NCBI RefSeq assembly: GCF_038025025.1 | Contig: NW_027117341.1 | Span: 1,426,001-1,490,000, forward strand | Direction of reading: 5' to 3' | DNA: 64,000 bases | Source: Phyllosticta citribraziliensis | Taxonomy: Eukaryota | Shown: positions 36,090-47,546 of the stretch, piece by piece | Numbering within the stretch: position 1 is the stretch's first letter | Layout: every line of letters starts with the position of its first letter | Translations under genes and position numbers: made by a program | Notes under the pieces: generated by a model | The model's database searches: none | Seen by the model: only the letters and a program-made list of their open reading frames with translations | What the model was told of the DNA's origin: nothing

Positions 36090-37793
36090 TCACCGAATCA
36101 TCCGAAAAGGATGGCCCTCAGTATTATAAACCCACTGATCCAGACTGCCAACCTCGACATCCGCAAACGTCAAATACAAATACTTGAGCGTCTCGGCCGT
36201 CCAAAAGCTCTCAGCCTCATCAAGATGGGTAGGCTTCGGCTTGCCGCGGCCGCCAAAGCCGGCGTTGACGTCGGCGAGGCTGGCGTAGCCGTACTCGGTC
36301 TTGCAGTACTTTTCGTAGGCGAGGAACGCGTCCCACGCCCACTCGCGGTAGCGCTGCTGGCCCGTGATGCGCCAGGCGTAGAAGAGGCTCTCGACGTACT
36401 CGGGCCGCAGGCGGAAGCGCGGGTCGGCGGCCCAGAAGCCGAGGTGCGCTAGCTCCTGCTCCTGCCGCGGCGTCTGCGGCGAGAACGTCGCGTTGGGCAG
36501 GTTCGACATGGGGATCCAGGACCAGATCTCCGGGCCGATGCCCGTCGTCGTCGCGTTGTAGCTGTGGCGGCAGCCCTCGAGGAGCGCGAGGCCGAGAGTC
36601 GAAATGTCGGGCCGGTTGAGGTATTTGGCGCCCAGGAGGAGGTTGCCGGGCGCGAAGCATGCGAGGTGGGATTGCTCGTTTAAGTACCAGGGGCCGGTGA
36701 ACTTGCCGAGGAAGAGGTGTTGTGTGGCGTAGGAGGATGTATAGGAGGAGCGCGTTGTGAGGTTGTGGCGCATGGCGTGCACTGCCTGTACCCAGCGCGA
36801 GCTGTAGATTTTGGAGTACCGGTCGTGGGGAGCCAGTATTGCTGCCTTGATCAGGTATTCGTAGTAGCTGTCATGACCTGCGTCCCAGTGCCGTTCGCGG
36901 TCAACGGGGGCGCCCGTGAAAATGTCGATGGGGCCATCGACCAGACCAACAGGATCTTGAACGTACTCGTCCCATACAAGACCCGACCAGGCGCGAGTAG
37001 CGTTCGCAAAATAGTCCTGAAATGTGGTGAGACGGGTCAAAGTGCGGTACTCCAAAATGTTGGACCCTGCCCGGGCTGGTCCAATGGCTGGATGCTCGTA
37101 GCGAATCTTGTGTGGATTCTTGAGGTACACTTCGTCCGGCGTGTCTTTGGCCTCGTTGGCCGAAAAATCTACGCGAGGCCATATCATGCCAGTAGGACTG
37201 TCGAACGAAGGGCCAAGCTTGTCTGCGAGCAGCACAGCCTGGGAAAGAATCGAAGTCCTCTTCTGAAGATCCATGACGTCTTTTGGTATAATTCCGGCAT
37301 CCGACAAATCAATAATAGAAACGAGCCCTCCCAAATATCGTATAGTCGTCTCAAACGGGTCGACAAGGCCCTGGGCGCTGTAGAATGGAATATTCACAAT
37401 TCTTTCCAAGCACAAATTCAGCTCGTCCCACATGCCCATCAACGCAAGTGTGCTTGCAGAGTCGACAATGAATGCGCCCCAGCCGTTCCTGCTATTACGG
37501 TGACCTCCACTCACTGGGAGGATATCGTCGAATCCCCATGCATGCTCCTTGTATTTTCCAAAGGTGTACTTCATAGCCTCGCGGACTTGTGCGGCCCTCT
37601 TCTCTTGCGCGCGCCCACTTGCGCCATTCCATGGTCGGTGTTGTATTTCTGGACCACGAGCGCCCGCTCCTGCAGCGTCGGCATCGGGGATGCTGGGGCC
37701 GTGTACCGCAAGGTAGATGAGGTAAAAGGTGATGATGATGACGGCGCTCAGCAGCTGGAACGCTGGGGTGGGCGTCCGTCTAAAAGAGCCCAT
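36090..37793 (-). CDS. Class I alpha-1,2-mannosidase (GH47), type II membrane protein
   Basis: Motifs AWGFDDILPVS, GWGAFIVDS, FETTIRYLGG, DSYYEYLIK, LRPEYVES and ESFWTAETLKYLYL...NTEGHP. N-terminal TM helix. Confidence 0.95.
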   Translation of the reverse strand: MGSFRRTPTPAFQLLSAVIIITFYLIYLAVHGPSIPDADAAGAGARGPEIQHRPWNGASGRAQEKRAAQVREAMKYTFGKYKEHAWGFDDILPVSGGHRNSRNGWGAFIVDSASTLALMGMWDELNLCLERIVNIPFYSAQGLVDPFETTIRYLGGLVSIIDLSDAGIIPKDVMDLQKRTSILSQAVLLADKLGPSFDSPTGMIWPRVDFSANEAKDTPDEVYLKNPHKIRYEHPAIGPARAGSNILEYRTLTRLTTFQDYFANATRAWSGLVWDEYVQDPVGLVDGPIDIFTGAPVDRERHWDAGHDSYYEYLIKAAILAPHDRYSKIYSSRWVQAVHAMRHNLTTRSSYTSSYATQHLFLGKFTGPWYLNEQSHLACFAPGNLLLGAKYLNRPDISTLGLALLEGCRHSYNATTTGIGPEIWSWIPMSNLPNATFSPQTPRQEQELAHLGFWAADPRFRLRPEYVESLFYAWRITGQQRYREWAWDAFLAYEKYCKTEYGYASLADVNAGFGGRGKPKPTHLDEAESFWTAETLKYLYLTFADVEVGSLDQWVYNTEGHPFRMIR

Positions 37794-38174
37794 TGTCGGT
37801 CGAGGTCGCGTGCAAGGCCAATCTACTAGCCGGAGGCCTCATCGGATGGCAGGGTCATGCGGGCGGCGGGAGGGTCGTGTGGAGATGGCGGCGTGGTGGG
37901 CGCAATCCTATGCTGTCATGCTGGGGGTGTGTCTGCGGTTGAGGGCGAGGGTTGGCACGGCGGCAATCAAGAGGAGCGATTCAGGGAATGTACCAAACGT
38001 GAAAGACAAAGGCTGGCAGGAGACAGGGTGTGTAAAGCGACATTGCTTGCCCTCCAGGTGATGGAGACGCAGGCAGACTCGGGGGAGCAACACAAGCCAA
38101 GCACAAGCGAGCCCAAGGCCAAAGCTTCTCTCAACCTCATACCACCGTCATCATCCCCGCAACCCCAAGGCCAC

Positions 38175-38418
38175 ATGTCGCTTTGGCAGTAAGAGAAGAT
38201 TTCGCTCTGTAATGACCTTCTGTTGACAAGCAAAAAGGAACTATCGCACTTCGGCGCCCAAGACCAAACTGCTGGTCGGCGTGGGCCTCATGGCCTGGGG
38301 TGGCTTTGGCCTCCTCTCCAGTGGAAAGACTGAGGAAGCTCTCAGCTTGGTGCCGACCGAAGAAGACAACAGCAAGCTCCCCAGCATCCATGTCGTCGAC
38401 AAGCAAGAAAAGCAATGA
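38175..38418 (+). CDS. 64-aa single-TM microprotein (two exons; not in the ORF track)
   Basis: Exon 1 is ATGTCGCTTTGGCA (38175-38188). Intron GTAAGA...TTGAC...AAG (38189-38237). Product MSLWQNYRTSAPKTKLLVGVGLMAWGGFGLLSSGKTEEALSLVPTEEDNSKLPSIHVVDKQEKQ. Confidence 0.7.
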
Positions 38419-39215
38419 GGACCGTTGTTCAAGACTGCGCTAAACTTCAACCATGACTGCGATGATTGGGTCCGGTAAGAACCACGTGGAGTTTTCTATC
38501 AAAATATCTGACAAGCATAGATCGCGGCAAGCATTCATACAGCCTTGAATCTCTCGTGAGAAATTGATTTCGCATATGGATGTGCTGAGGAAGACAAGTA
38601 GAATCAGTATCAGTCACAGCCACGAGGTTAGTCGGACGGGTTGTCAAACGCTTTGCTGCAGTCCTAAATGGCTACCTGTTCATCCCACACCCGAAAGGAC
38701 AATTGATGCATCCAAAAGTTGTTGATTTAAATGCAAAGCATTAAGTGCAGAACACTAGTGACACTGAAGTTTCATTTCATTGCAGCTTTTGAGGGTTCGA
38801 GACCCCAACCTTTCTTTCCCCAGTGCATTATGCCGTAGTCTGGCATGAACAGCAGCCGTCATACTCGCTCCAACCGAAAGTGACCCGCTCAACTAGTGCA
38901 TCCTTGGTCGAATCTCTTCCCACAGTCTATCCAAACCAGTTTCGCTGTCCTTGCCCAACGCCAAACCTCTATTCAACTGAACTCGAAGCAGCTTTTGCTT
39001 CCTTCTCGCCGCCAGTCTAACCGAGGCTCTTTTCAGAGATTCATACATGCGTACATACAAAAGGAAAACCCAATGAGTGGGAGGCAGGAGTGCGCTCATG
39101 CATCCAGATCAGAATGCCAACATCGCCATGCGAAAGCGGAAGCACGGTCTGCTAAATACCAGCCGTGTCGGGAAAGTGTGCCACAAGCCGCTCAAAAGTC
39201 GTCATTCTGCGCGAC

Positions 39216-40789
39216 TCACTTACTCTCGCCATCCTTTTTGCCCTCCTTGCCCTTGGACCACTTCTCGTTGAGGTAGCGGTACGTCCGCGTTGGCCCGGCC
39301 GTGACTAGGCCCTTTATGCTCTGCACAGTGCTGGGCCACTTGACCGTGTCTCTCACCGTTTGGCTGACCTTTTCCGTGAGATTCCTTTCCCCGGCAATAC
39401 GACGGTCAAAATCGCCGCCCTGCCGCTTCTTGAAGCTCTGGTCATCCTCATCCTTGCTGTCTTCCAGCATCTTTTTGTACTCGGATCCAGAAATACCATA
39501 TTGCCGCTGGTACGAGAAGTAAATCTTTTCGCGAAATGCTTTTGGCAAGCGGCGCACCATGTTGCCGCGCTTGACCGGGTCCATGTCCTGCTCCATTTTG
39601 ATTTCGACGCCAGGCGGTATGTCGAGCTCCCACCCTTGCACCTTGCACTGCGGATCCGTATGAACAACATTGGGAAGCGTCTCCAACAAGGGATTGTAGA
39701 GTCGGCGGAAGTTGCGGAGATTGTGCGTAACGATGTTGGTGATTTTGTGGGGGTTTTCGAACCCACCTGTTGCTGATGACATGCGCGGGTCGCCCATGTA
39801 GCTTAGACCGGCAATGGCGTGGAAAAGATCTCGCTCGGTGAATTTGGCAGGGAGCATTAAAAGCGCCGTCCGCACGGCAGAGATGAGGTTTACTTGATTT
39901 GCCAATCTAATGCGGGCATCGTCGCGAAGGATTTTGACCGGCTTCTGCAGACGGCCAGCGAGGTAAAGTGTATCCCATGTGGAGAGGTCGCGGTGGAGCG
40001 TGTTTAGATTGACGACACCGTACTTGATCATTGTACCGTTTACTGTAATGTAGGGATTGAAGTAGACGCCTGCGCCGAAGCGGTCTTGGACTTGCGAAAC
40101 GGCCCAAGAGCCTGCCTTGCCCAGGAAAGAGTAATGATCGGGATGTTGAGTCAGGTTGAGCGAGTGCCAGTGCTGCGTATATGTGACGCCGAAGATGAAA
40201 TCAATGACCTTTTCTCCCCCCTGCTGCCACTTTTTGATGGCCTCTGGCGGATTCGGGTGCGGCGAGAGGGACGTGGAACTCGATGCGCTGGATTGCGGAA
40301 AGACGCCAGAGCCATATGCAAAGGCATACCGGATGGGCGCGCGAAACTGCCACAGGACCTGCCGCAGAGCTTCCGTAAAGTCGCGGTTCATCTCCACCAT
40401 GTGCTGGTTGAGTCCAAAGTCGCGGCCCGAAGGTAGCTCCGAGAAGCTTTTGATGTTGAAGTTTGGATCATCCTCCCAGCTGTCCGGGAACGACGAGTTT
40501 GCAGTGCTGGTGGTGGAAATGGATTTGGACGAGGCCGACTTGAGGCTCGGCGAGATGTGCGCTTCAAGCTGCGAGACATCGGCGAATGATGGGTGAAAGG
40601 AGGAGAAGGCGCGGGTTTTGGCAGGAGCAAGGCGGACGCAGGGCGAGGAGGATCGAAGCAAAAGCTGGCGGCTTGCAATGCGCAATTGCAATCCGTTGGA
40701 CTGCTCCGTTGTCAACGTCGAATGGTCCGGGGGAACGAGCGGGAAGAGGCATCGCGGGGCAGACGTACGCATATTTGAGCAAGGGCCAT
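39216..40789 (-). CDS. TAM41: Mitochondrial phosphatidate cytidylyltransferase Tam41 (Mmp37)
   Basis: Exon 1 (40769-40789) encodes MALAQIC; intron 40701-40768. Arg/Ser-rich presequence. Motifs YAFAYGSGVF, GVYFNPY, WDTLYLAGRLQKPV and LSYMGDPRM. Confidence 0.93.
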
Positions 40790-41179
40790 GGTTGACAGAT
40801 GGACCCTTGGGAAGAGCTGGAGGGCAGAGAAGGTAGGTAGTTATCGGCGCAGGTTGAAAGCAAAAGAAGACGAGTGACGAGCAGCCATGAGGACGGGAGC
40901 AGAGCGGAAGCTGGGGAGCGCGAGAGGCGCAGAGGGGAATTATGGAGCTTGGGCGGGCCTGAGAGCTGCGAACGACTGCCGTGGACGCTCGAGCCTTAGT
41001 AAGATGACGCTCGCTGCAAGAGGCTTGGCTTGGCACCCGGACTGTTTACTTCGGCTCGCTTTGCTTACCTCCACAACAACACCGCGACCACCATACCTTA
41101 TCCATCCCCGTCCCCGTCCCTCCCGTCCGCTCCCATTGCTACCAACTAGCACCTCGCGCATCCACTGCGCGTCGCCATC

Positions 41180-43711
41180 ATGGCCTCTTCCGACCACCTC
41201 AATTGCTACACCGGGCGCGTTGCGAGCTTCCAGGAGCCCAAACAGCTCACCAAACGACGCGCTTCCTCGACCAAAAAGAAGACTGCCACCACCGTCTCAT
41301 GGCCCCACACGGCTCCATCCATTGAGGACGTACGTTTGACGCGTAAGGGCGCCCTGAGGTGTGCCTGCTAACGGCTTGAGCAGTTGGCCCAATCGGGCTT
41401 TTACTACTCCCCCACCGCGAACCATCCAGACAATGTCACCTGTTTCATGTGCAAGCACAAACTAGACAACTGGGAACCTCATGACGACCCTGCGATTGAG
41501 CACCTGGCCCTCGCGCCCGACTGCGCATGGGCAATTTCCACGAGCGTCACTCGCCGCCGCCTGGACGAGCACGAAGACCCTATGAGCGAGAAGATGGCCG
41601 ACGCGCGCAAGGCGACTTTTGTTGAGTGGCCGCATGAAGGGAAGAGAGGATGGAAGTGCAACATCAAGAGCATGGTGGAGGCTGGTTGGTGCTTCGACCC
41701 GAGTCCAGAGTTTGACGATGGCGTGTCGTGCTTTTACTGTCAGCTGTCTCTTGACGGATGGGAGTCGACGGATGATCCGACGTAGGTGACGCTTGCGGAA
41801 ATCCCCACATTCCAAAATTGACTTGTACATTCTAGGGAGGAGCATCAAAGGAGATCGCCCGGTTGTCCCTTCTTCGAGCTGCTCAAGGTGTACGGAGGAG
41901 CGCGAAAAGCGGTCAAGGGCAAGAAGGGCCGGGCATCGACTGCCTCTAGAGCCTCACGCCTATCTGTCCAATCTTCCAAAGACTTTGACACTTTTTCGGA
42001 AGCTCCATCTCTCATGTCATTGGGAGACGACGCAGTTCACAACGAAGACAGCATTTTGACCGCTACTCAAGCAGGAACCATGGCGAAGGGCAAGAAAGGC
42101 ACTGGCAAGGGCAAAGCGGCTGCAAAGGGCGGCAAGAAGAATGCGCGGAGCAAAAAAGCCACCGAAGAGCCTAGCGCAGTGGCTGAAATGGACACAGCAC
42201 TCGAAGGCGCCGAGGAACCTCTGGATTTGGGCGATCTTGAAGCAAAAGACGAAGATAGCGTCATGACGGCTGCAACCAACACTTCGACCGCTTCAAAAAC
42301 CACAAGAGGGCGCAAAGCCTCGGGCAAGGCAAAAGCCCCAGCCAAAACAACAAGGAAAACATCTAGAACCACCAAAAAGGCAGCAGAGCCTGAACCGCTA
42401 GTCTTGGAAGACCCGGTACAAAAATCTCTACCAGCAGACGATTACATGTCTCCTGCACCACCAAGCGCCCGGACGACTCGGAACAACTCGAGGCTAGAGA
42501 CTTCGTACTTGTCCCCCGCCATCCCAAGCGCCCGGACAACTCGCAACACATCGAAGCTTGAGGCGTCCTACTTGGAGCAGAATGCCACCGAAGTGGAAGA
42601 GTCGGAACTGAAACTTCCCAAACAAAGGACAACTCGAGGAAGAAAGAAGATGGTTGTGGATGACACAACTTTAATGAGCAACGACGTTACCCAGCTGCCA
42701 TCAGAGATGCAAGATGAGGCAAACAAAGCGGCGGAATTGGCCGCAGAGCAAGCAGAGCAAGAACTGGTCAAGCCGAAGCGTGGTAGGAAACGGACGAGCG
42801 ACGGTGTCCCTAAAGACGACTCGGTGTCCGTCGTAATTCCTGCTCCTAAGGAGACGAAGAAGCGCGGCAAGAAGGCGAAGCAGCCCGAAGAACCGTCTGA
42901 GCTGCCACGGGATGTCCAGGAGCCTGAGCCCGAGCCTGAACCAGTTGCTAAGCCCGCGTCCAAGCCCAAACGCGGAAGGAAGAAGCAGGTCGTCGAAGAG
43001 AGCGTTGTCGATGCCGCTGAGGAAGAACCGCAGGTCGCACACTCGCCTCAAACGAGGGCATCGACGCCTGCTCAAGATGAGAACGAAGCTCCCGCTAAAG
43101 CCGAATCATCTGTCGTCGCCCCAGAGCCCACGCCCCTGAAGGAACCAACCCCAGCCCCAAGATCTCCCACACCGCCGCCAAAGGAACAAACCCCCTCGCC
43201 GTCACCACAGTCATCAAACGCCGAGAACAAACCACCGTCAACCCGTCCCTCTGCCACTCGCCCGCCTCTGTCCACCCGCACGCCCTTTTCCGCCCGCACC
43301 GTCCGCATCCCCCTAGCCGAAACCACCCCACGCACCTCGCCCTCCAAACGCACCAACAACAACATCGGGCCTTCCGGCCTGCGCACCGCACTCCCCTGGG
43401 AGCCCGTCGACCTCGAAAACATCTTCCTCCAATCTCCGTCGACCAAGCGCCTGATGCGCGGCCTTGGAGACACCGACACGGAGGATAAGGAAAACGACGA
43501 ACAGGAGGCCGCCGGCCTCGACGCCGCGGTCCAGCGCGTCCGTCGCCAGTTGACCAGCCCCGAGAAGCGCATGACGGTCGAGCAGTGGGTGCAGTTTCAG
43601 GCTGAGGCTGGCGAGTCTCGGCTGCGTGGCGAGTGTGAGCGGATGGTCGGCCTTTTTGAGACGGCGTCGACGCGGGCGTTGAGGACGCTGGAGGGCGTGG
43701 AGTCGGTGTGA
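41180..43711 (+). CDS. BIR1: Bir1/survivin-like chromosomal passenger protein with two BIR domains
   Basis: Introns 41330-41383 and 41782-41835. BIR motifs (GFYY...DNVTCFMC...WEPHDDPAIEH...C and DGVSCFYC...DGWE.TDDP.EEH.RRSP.CPFF), KRGRK motifs and a C-terminal MTVEQWV helix. Confidence 0.92.
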
Positions 43712-46196
43712 GCTTTCGCTTTCTTTCTCGGGTCTCGCTTTCCTTTCCCCTTTATTCTTGGGCCTGGGATGCGGTTTGCTTTGGCTCTTTATTCTGTTGC
43801 GCAGCATACTAGTTGGTAACCGGCACTTGGATGTTGGCGTGGCGAGACGTGGCGTCTTGGTGGTGGTGTAGAAAAGCAGATTAGCGCAGCGGTAGTCAGT
43901 CAGTACTCACACCTTTAGTACTGTACAGTATAGTATAGAGAGACGGCATTTCACGATATCAAGACAGACTAAACAGAACTTACCTACCTACCTACCAACA
44001 TATCCTCACTCTTCGTCCGTCCCACACTGAGTGTCTTGTTCTTGTTGCGGTGTGCTAGGTTTAATCAGCAGAGTTGGTTCCCTCGTCCTGTCTCATTGAT
44101 GCTGCGCCGGTCCTAATTCCACGCTCCACACTCCCCCACTCCCTCTCTCCCACCCACATAAACGGAGAGCTGCGCAGTAGAAGGGGACAGGAAGACAGAT
44201 TTCATACAGGCCATGCACCGCCGAGGCGGAACAATCTGCTGTCCTTTCTTGATTTTGCTTTATGACATTGATGTGTGTCCTAAGCGTGCTTCGTGCTAGG
44301 TATAGAACTCAGTTGATCAACTAACTAGTGGTGGTATGAAGATAGTATGGCATTGGTGTGCCTAATGCATGAATCCACGTCTACTATCCGCAGATTTTGG
44401 ATGGCATACCGTTGTGTACTTTCTCTAAAGTATACATGAGTACGTGGCGAAAACACTGATCTACCTACCAACTTATCGTAGACGAGACACCAAGACAGGT
44501 TAAAAAGGTATGTACTACATATTGTGCGTGTATACATATGTCGAAGAGTTAAACTGTACTCTTGATCCATGTTTAAATCCTTAGATTATTCAATCTTGCC
44601 GCGAATAAGGCATGCAAAACATTATAGATAGATAGGATGTTACGAATACAATGGCAGTCTGTCTACAGTTACAGGTACATTTACCATACATGCATTTAGC
44701 TGTGTAGCTAGTTCGCTTGCGCTTGCGCTTGCGCTGCTTATTCTTGTTGTTGTTGTTCTCGACAGTGGGAGAAGGAGGTCGACAAAGGGAAGGGAAGGGA
44801 AGCCAGTCTATTCAAACAAAGATGGTACGAGATAGGAAAAGGAGAAGGGGATGAAAAGGGGGATGAAAAGAGAGGTAACAGTCTGTTGTCAGTGATATAC
44901 GGCGCCGGGAAATGACGAGACGGAACATGGAAAAGCAAAATAGGCGCCTGTCTCTCCCCTTTCAATCAATCGGTCTGTCTGTCAGTCTGCCGTGGTGTCG
45001 ATTCACCTCATTTTCCTCTTGCGCCACCAACTCGTCCCATGAACCCCCATTGCCTCAAACTCCTCTCGACCTCCTCTTCCCTGCTCTGATTCTCCGCGTC
45101 GTTTGCCGCGAGGCGTTCGTTGCTTGCTCGCCGTCTTCGAGCCTCTACTGCGCGGGTACCATTACCACTGCTACTACATCCCATCCCATCCCGTCCCCCT
45201 TGTCTGATATGACCAGTGTGTATCGCTCGGGATCGCTCCCATCTTCCACCTCCGCCGTTTTGCTTGTTCTAGAGTCGTCGCTTTCTCCCTCGCCGAACCC
45301 CTCGTTTGTTGAGCCGGATAGCTCATCGCGTCGCGTCACGTCTGCGCTCGCTCGCTTTATGGACGTATAGTACGGTATAGAGAAGTACCGTACAGTACAG
45401 CCGTGTGTTGTCGTGGTGTTCTGCCAGAAGCAAAGACGTCGGTTCTTTGCGCCGGAGGTTGCCATTGCGTTGCAGTTGCGGTTGCGGCGAACAACGATGC
45501 CACTCACCCGCTCGCTGGTCTTGAACGGTGAAAGAGGGAGGTGGCCAGCTAGACAGCCAGCGTACCTGCTCGCGCAGATTCTGCTACTGAGATGCAAAGT
45601 CAATGCCTGAAGATAGACACAGCAGACGACGGTGGATGGATGGATGGTGCTTCGTATTCGAGCACTCGAGCTCAAACGCGTGTGGCGGCAAAAGACGAGG
45701 GACAACGACAACGACAACGACAGCGACAGCGACGAGCGAGGACAACGACCAACGCGGCGATGACGGCGGCCGCCGGAAAGCAGACAGGAATGAGCAACAG
45801 CAGCAGCGACGTACGCGACGCAGGACACGGACAAAAAAAGCGCAAAAGGCGATAACAACAGCACCAATCAATCTGTGCAGACAGAGCGCGCGATATTTGC
45901 AATACTCGCAATCAATGGATGGACAGATGATGGCACAAACGCCGCCGCCACCGCCACCACCACCGCGGCGGCGTGCGGCGCGTGGCAGCGGACAGGAGAA
46001 ACGACAACGACAACAACGATAACAACGACGACAAAACAACAAACTAGTCAATCAGATCATCTCATCTACATGCATGATACATAAGGTGTGTTATAAAACA
46101 TGAATATAGAGAGACATGGGGGAGGGAGGAGAAAAAAGAGGTAGAGCAGGATAACCGCAAAACGAAGGAGCGGACAAGAAGAAGCGGTAAAAAGGG

Positions 46197-46237
46197 GGGT
46201 TGGTTGGTTGGTTGGTTGGTTGGTCGGTCGGTCGGTC
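46197..46237 (+). repeat. (GGTT)n/(GGTC)n microsatellite
   Basis: Tandem tetranucleotide run read directly from the sequence. Confidence 0.9.
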
Positions 46238-46954
46238 GTAAAAGGAGAGTAAGAAAGGGCGGCGCGTGAACGCGAAAGAAGAGGGCAGGGAAAAGTGATT
46301 TGAGGTACAAGTGCTGGGGGAAAACGTACGTGACGTGGGGAGTGCGTGCGGCTTTGCAGTCGCCGCCCGCCGCCCGTCGTGCCCGTGCCGTGCCATCCAT
46401 CTGCCTAGGTGTCGGTCTGCCTGTCTGTGCTGGTGGTGCGGTCTGTCTATGCGTATGTATGTATAAAGGGACGTAAGGATGATGATGAGGATGGTGTTGG
46501 TGGTGATATGTACGAGGTCATGTAACGTGACGCTGTCGATGGGTGTGCGGGAGATACCCCAGGGTAATTCCCTCCCAACGAGGCGCTAACAAGCAGGGGA
46601 TGATGGGGAAAGAGGGAGAAAGGAGAGGTAGCAAAAAGAAGAAATCCACCACCCCACCCCGTGCGGGATCCGGTAAAGAGGCCGACCGTAGCCGTGGCGC
46701 AGAGTCTACTACACCCACGGGCTGTTTCTCTCGTGCCGAATTCGTCTTTCGTTCTATAAGCGTAAGAAAAGAGGGAAAATAATGGAAGGGGAGACAAGGA
46801 AATAGTGTAAAGAAATGAACGGAAGAGGCCAGGAAGGTGGAGGATCGAGGGCAATGTCGGGCGATTTGACAGCGGAGCCACAGAAAATGAAGTGTCGTTT
46901 GAATGACGACCAAGCAGTGAATGTCTCACACCACACTCAGCAGCAACGGTAGAC

Positions 46955-47546
46955 TTAGGCAACAAAGACCCAGCTCAGCGCATACACTACGCACATCAGC
47001 AGAAACAGCCCCATGCCCCCCAGCCGTACCGCCCGGCTCATCAATGCCTGTTGCTGCTTTTGCGCAAGTGCCAGCCGCCGCGAGGAAGTGCTACTGCGGC
47101 GACTGATGCTCAAGCTGGGGCCGTCGAGATCTGGGTCCGTCAAAGCTTCTTCAACGAGCGTGAGCTCGTCAAATGTCCTGCTGCTGATGTTGCCGCCACC
47201 GCTGCTGTTGTCATCAACCGTCTCCCATGCAGCTGAATCGTCGTCGCTGTCCAACTCCCACGGACGTCGGTCGTCCCCAGCGACACTGCATGGAGAATAG
47301 GGAGAGTAGGCGGTAGGAGTCGTCGCATCGTCGCGGTAGATGTAGCCTTCGCCGTCGAGGTCGAAATCGTCGACGTCAAAGTTGCGGCCGTCAAAGACCT
47401 TCGGCTGCTCCTTCATCCCCCGTTGCTCCAACTGAACGTATCGCCCGAGACCATCTTCCTCTTCGTCATCGCCGTATCGATCCCACCAACTCAGCCTCTT
47501 CCGATGTTTCCCACCACCGCCCTCCTGTCGGTGGTCCTTAGGCACG
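46955..47546 (-). CDS. Candidate alternative terminal exon of kinesin-1, or a separate 153-aa tail-anchored protein (ATG 47416)
   Basis: Frame open from about 47641 to 46955. Acidic, protein-like sequence ending in the hydrophobic stretch LGGMGLFLLMCVVYALSWVFVA-stop. Confidence 0.4.

Noticed and set aside
38459..38511. C/D-box snoRNA (GATGATT...CTGA)
   Set aside because: Imperfect C box, short, no terminal stem and no recognisable guide.
38791..38806. tRNA gene (GGTTCGAGACC B-box/T-loop-like)
   Set aside because: No acceptor stem, D-arm or A-box could be folded. At most an isolated B-box.
45145..45867. 240-aa ORF in the kinesin downstream region
   Set aside because: Built largely from microsatellites with no coherent domain; only a short acidic stretch looks protein-like.
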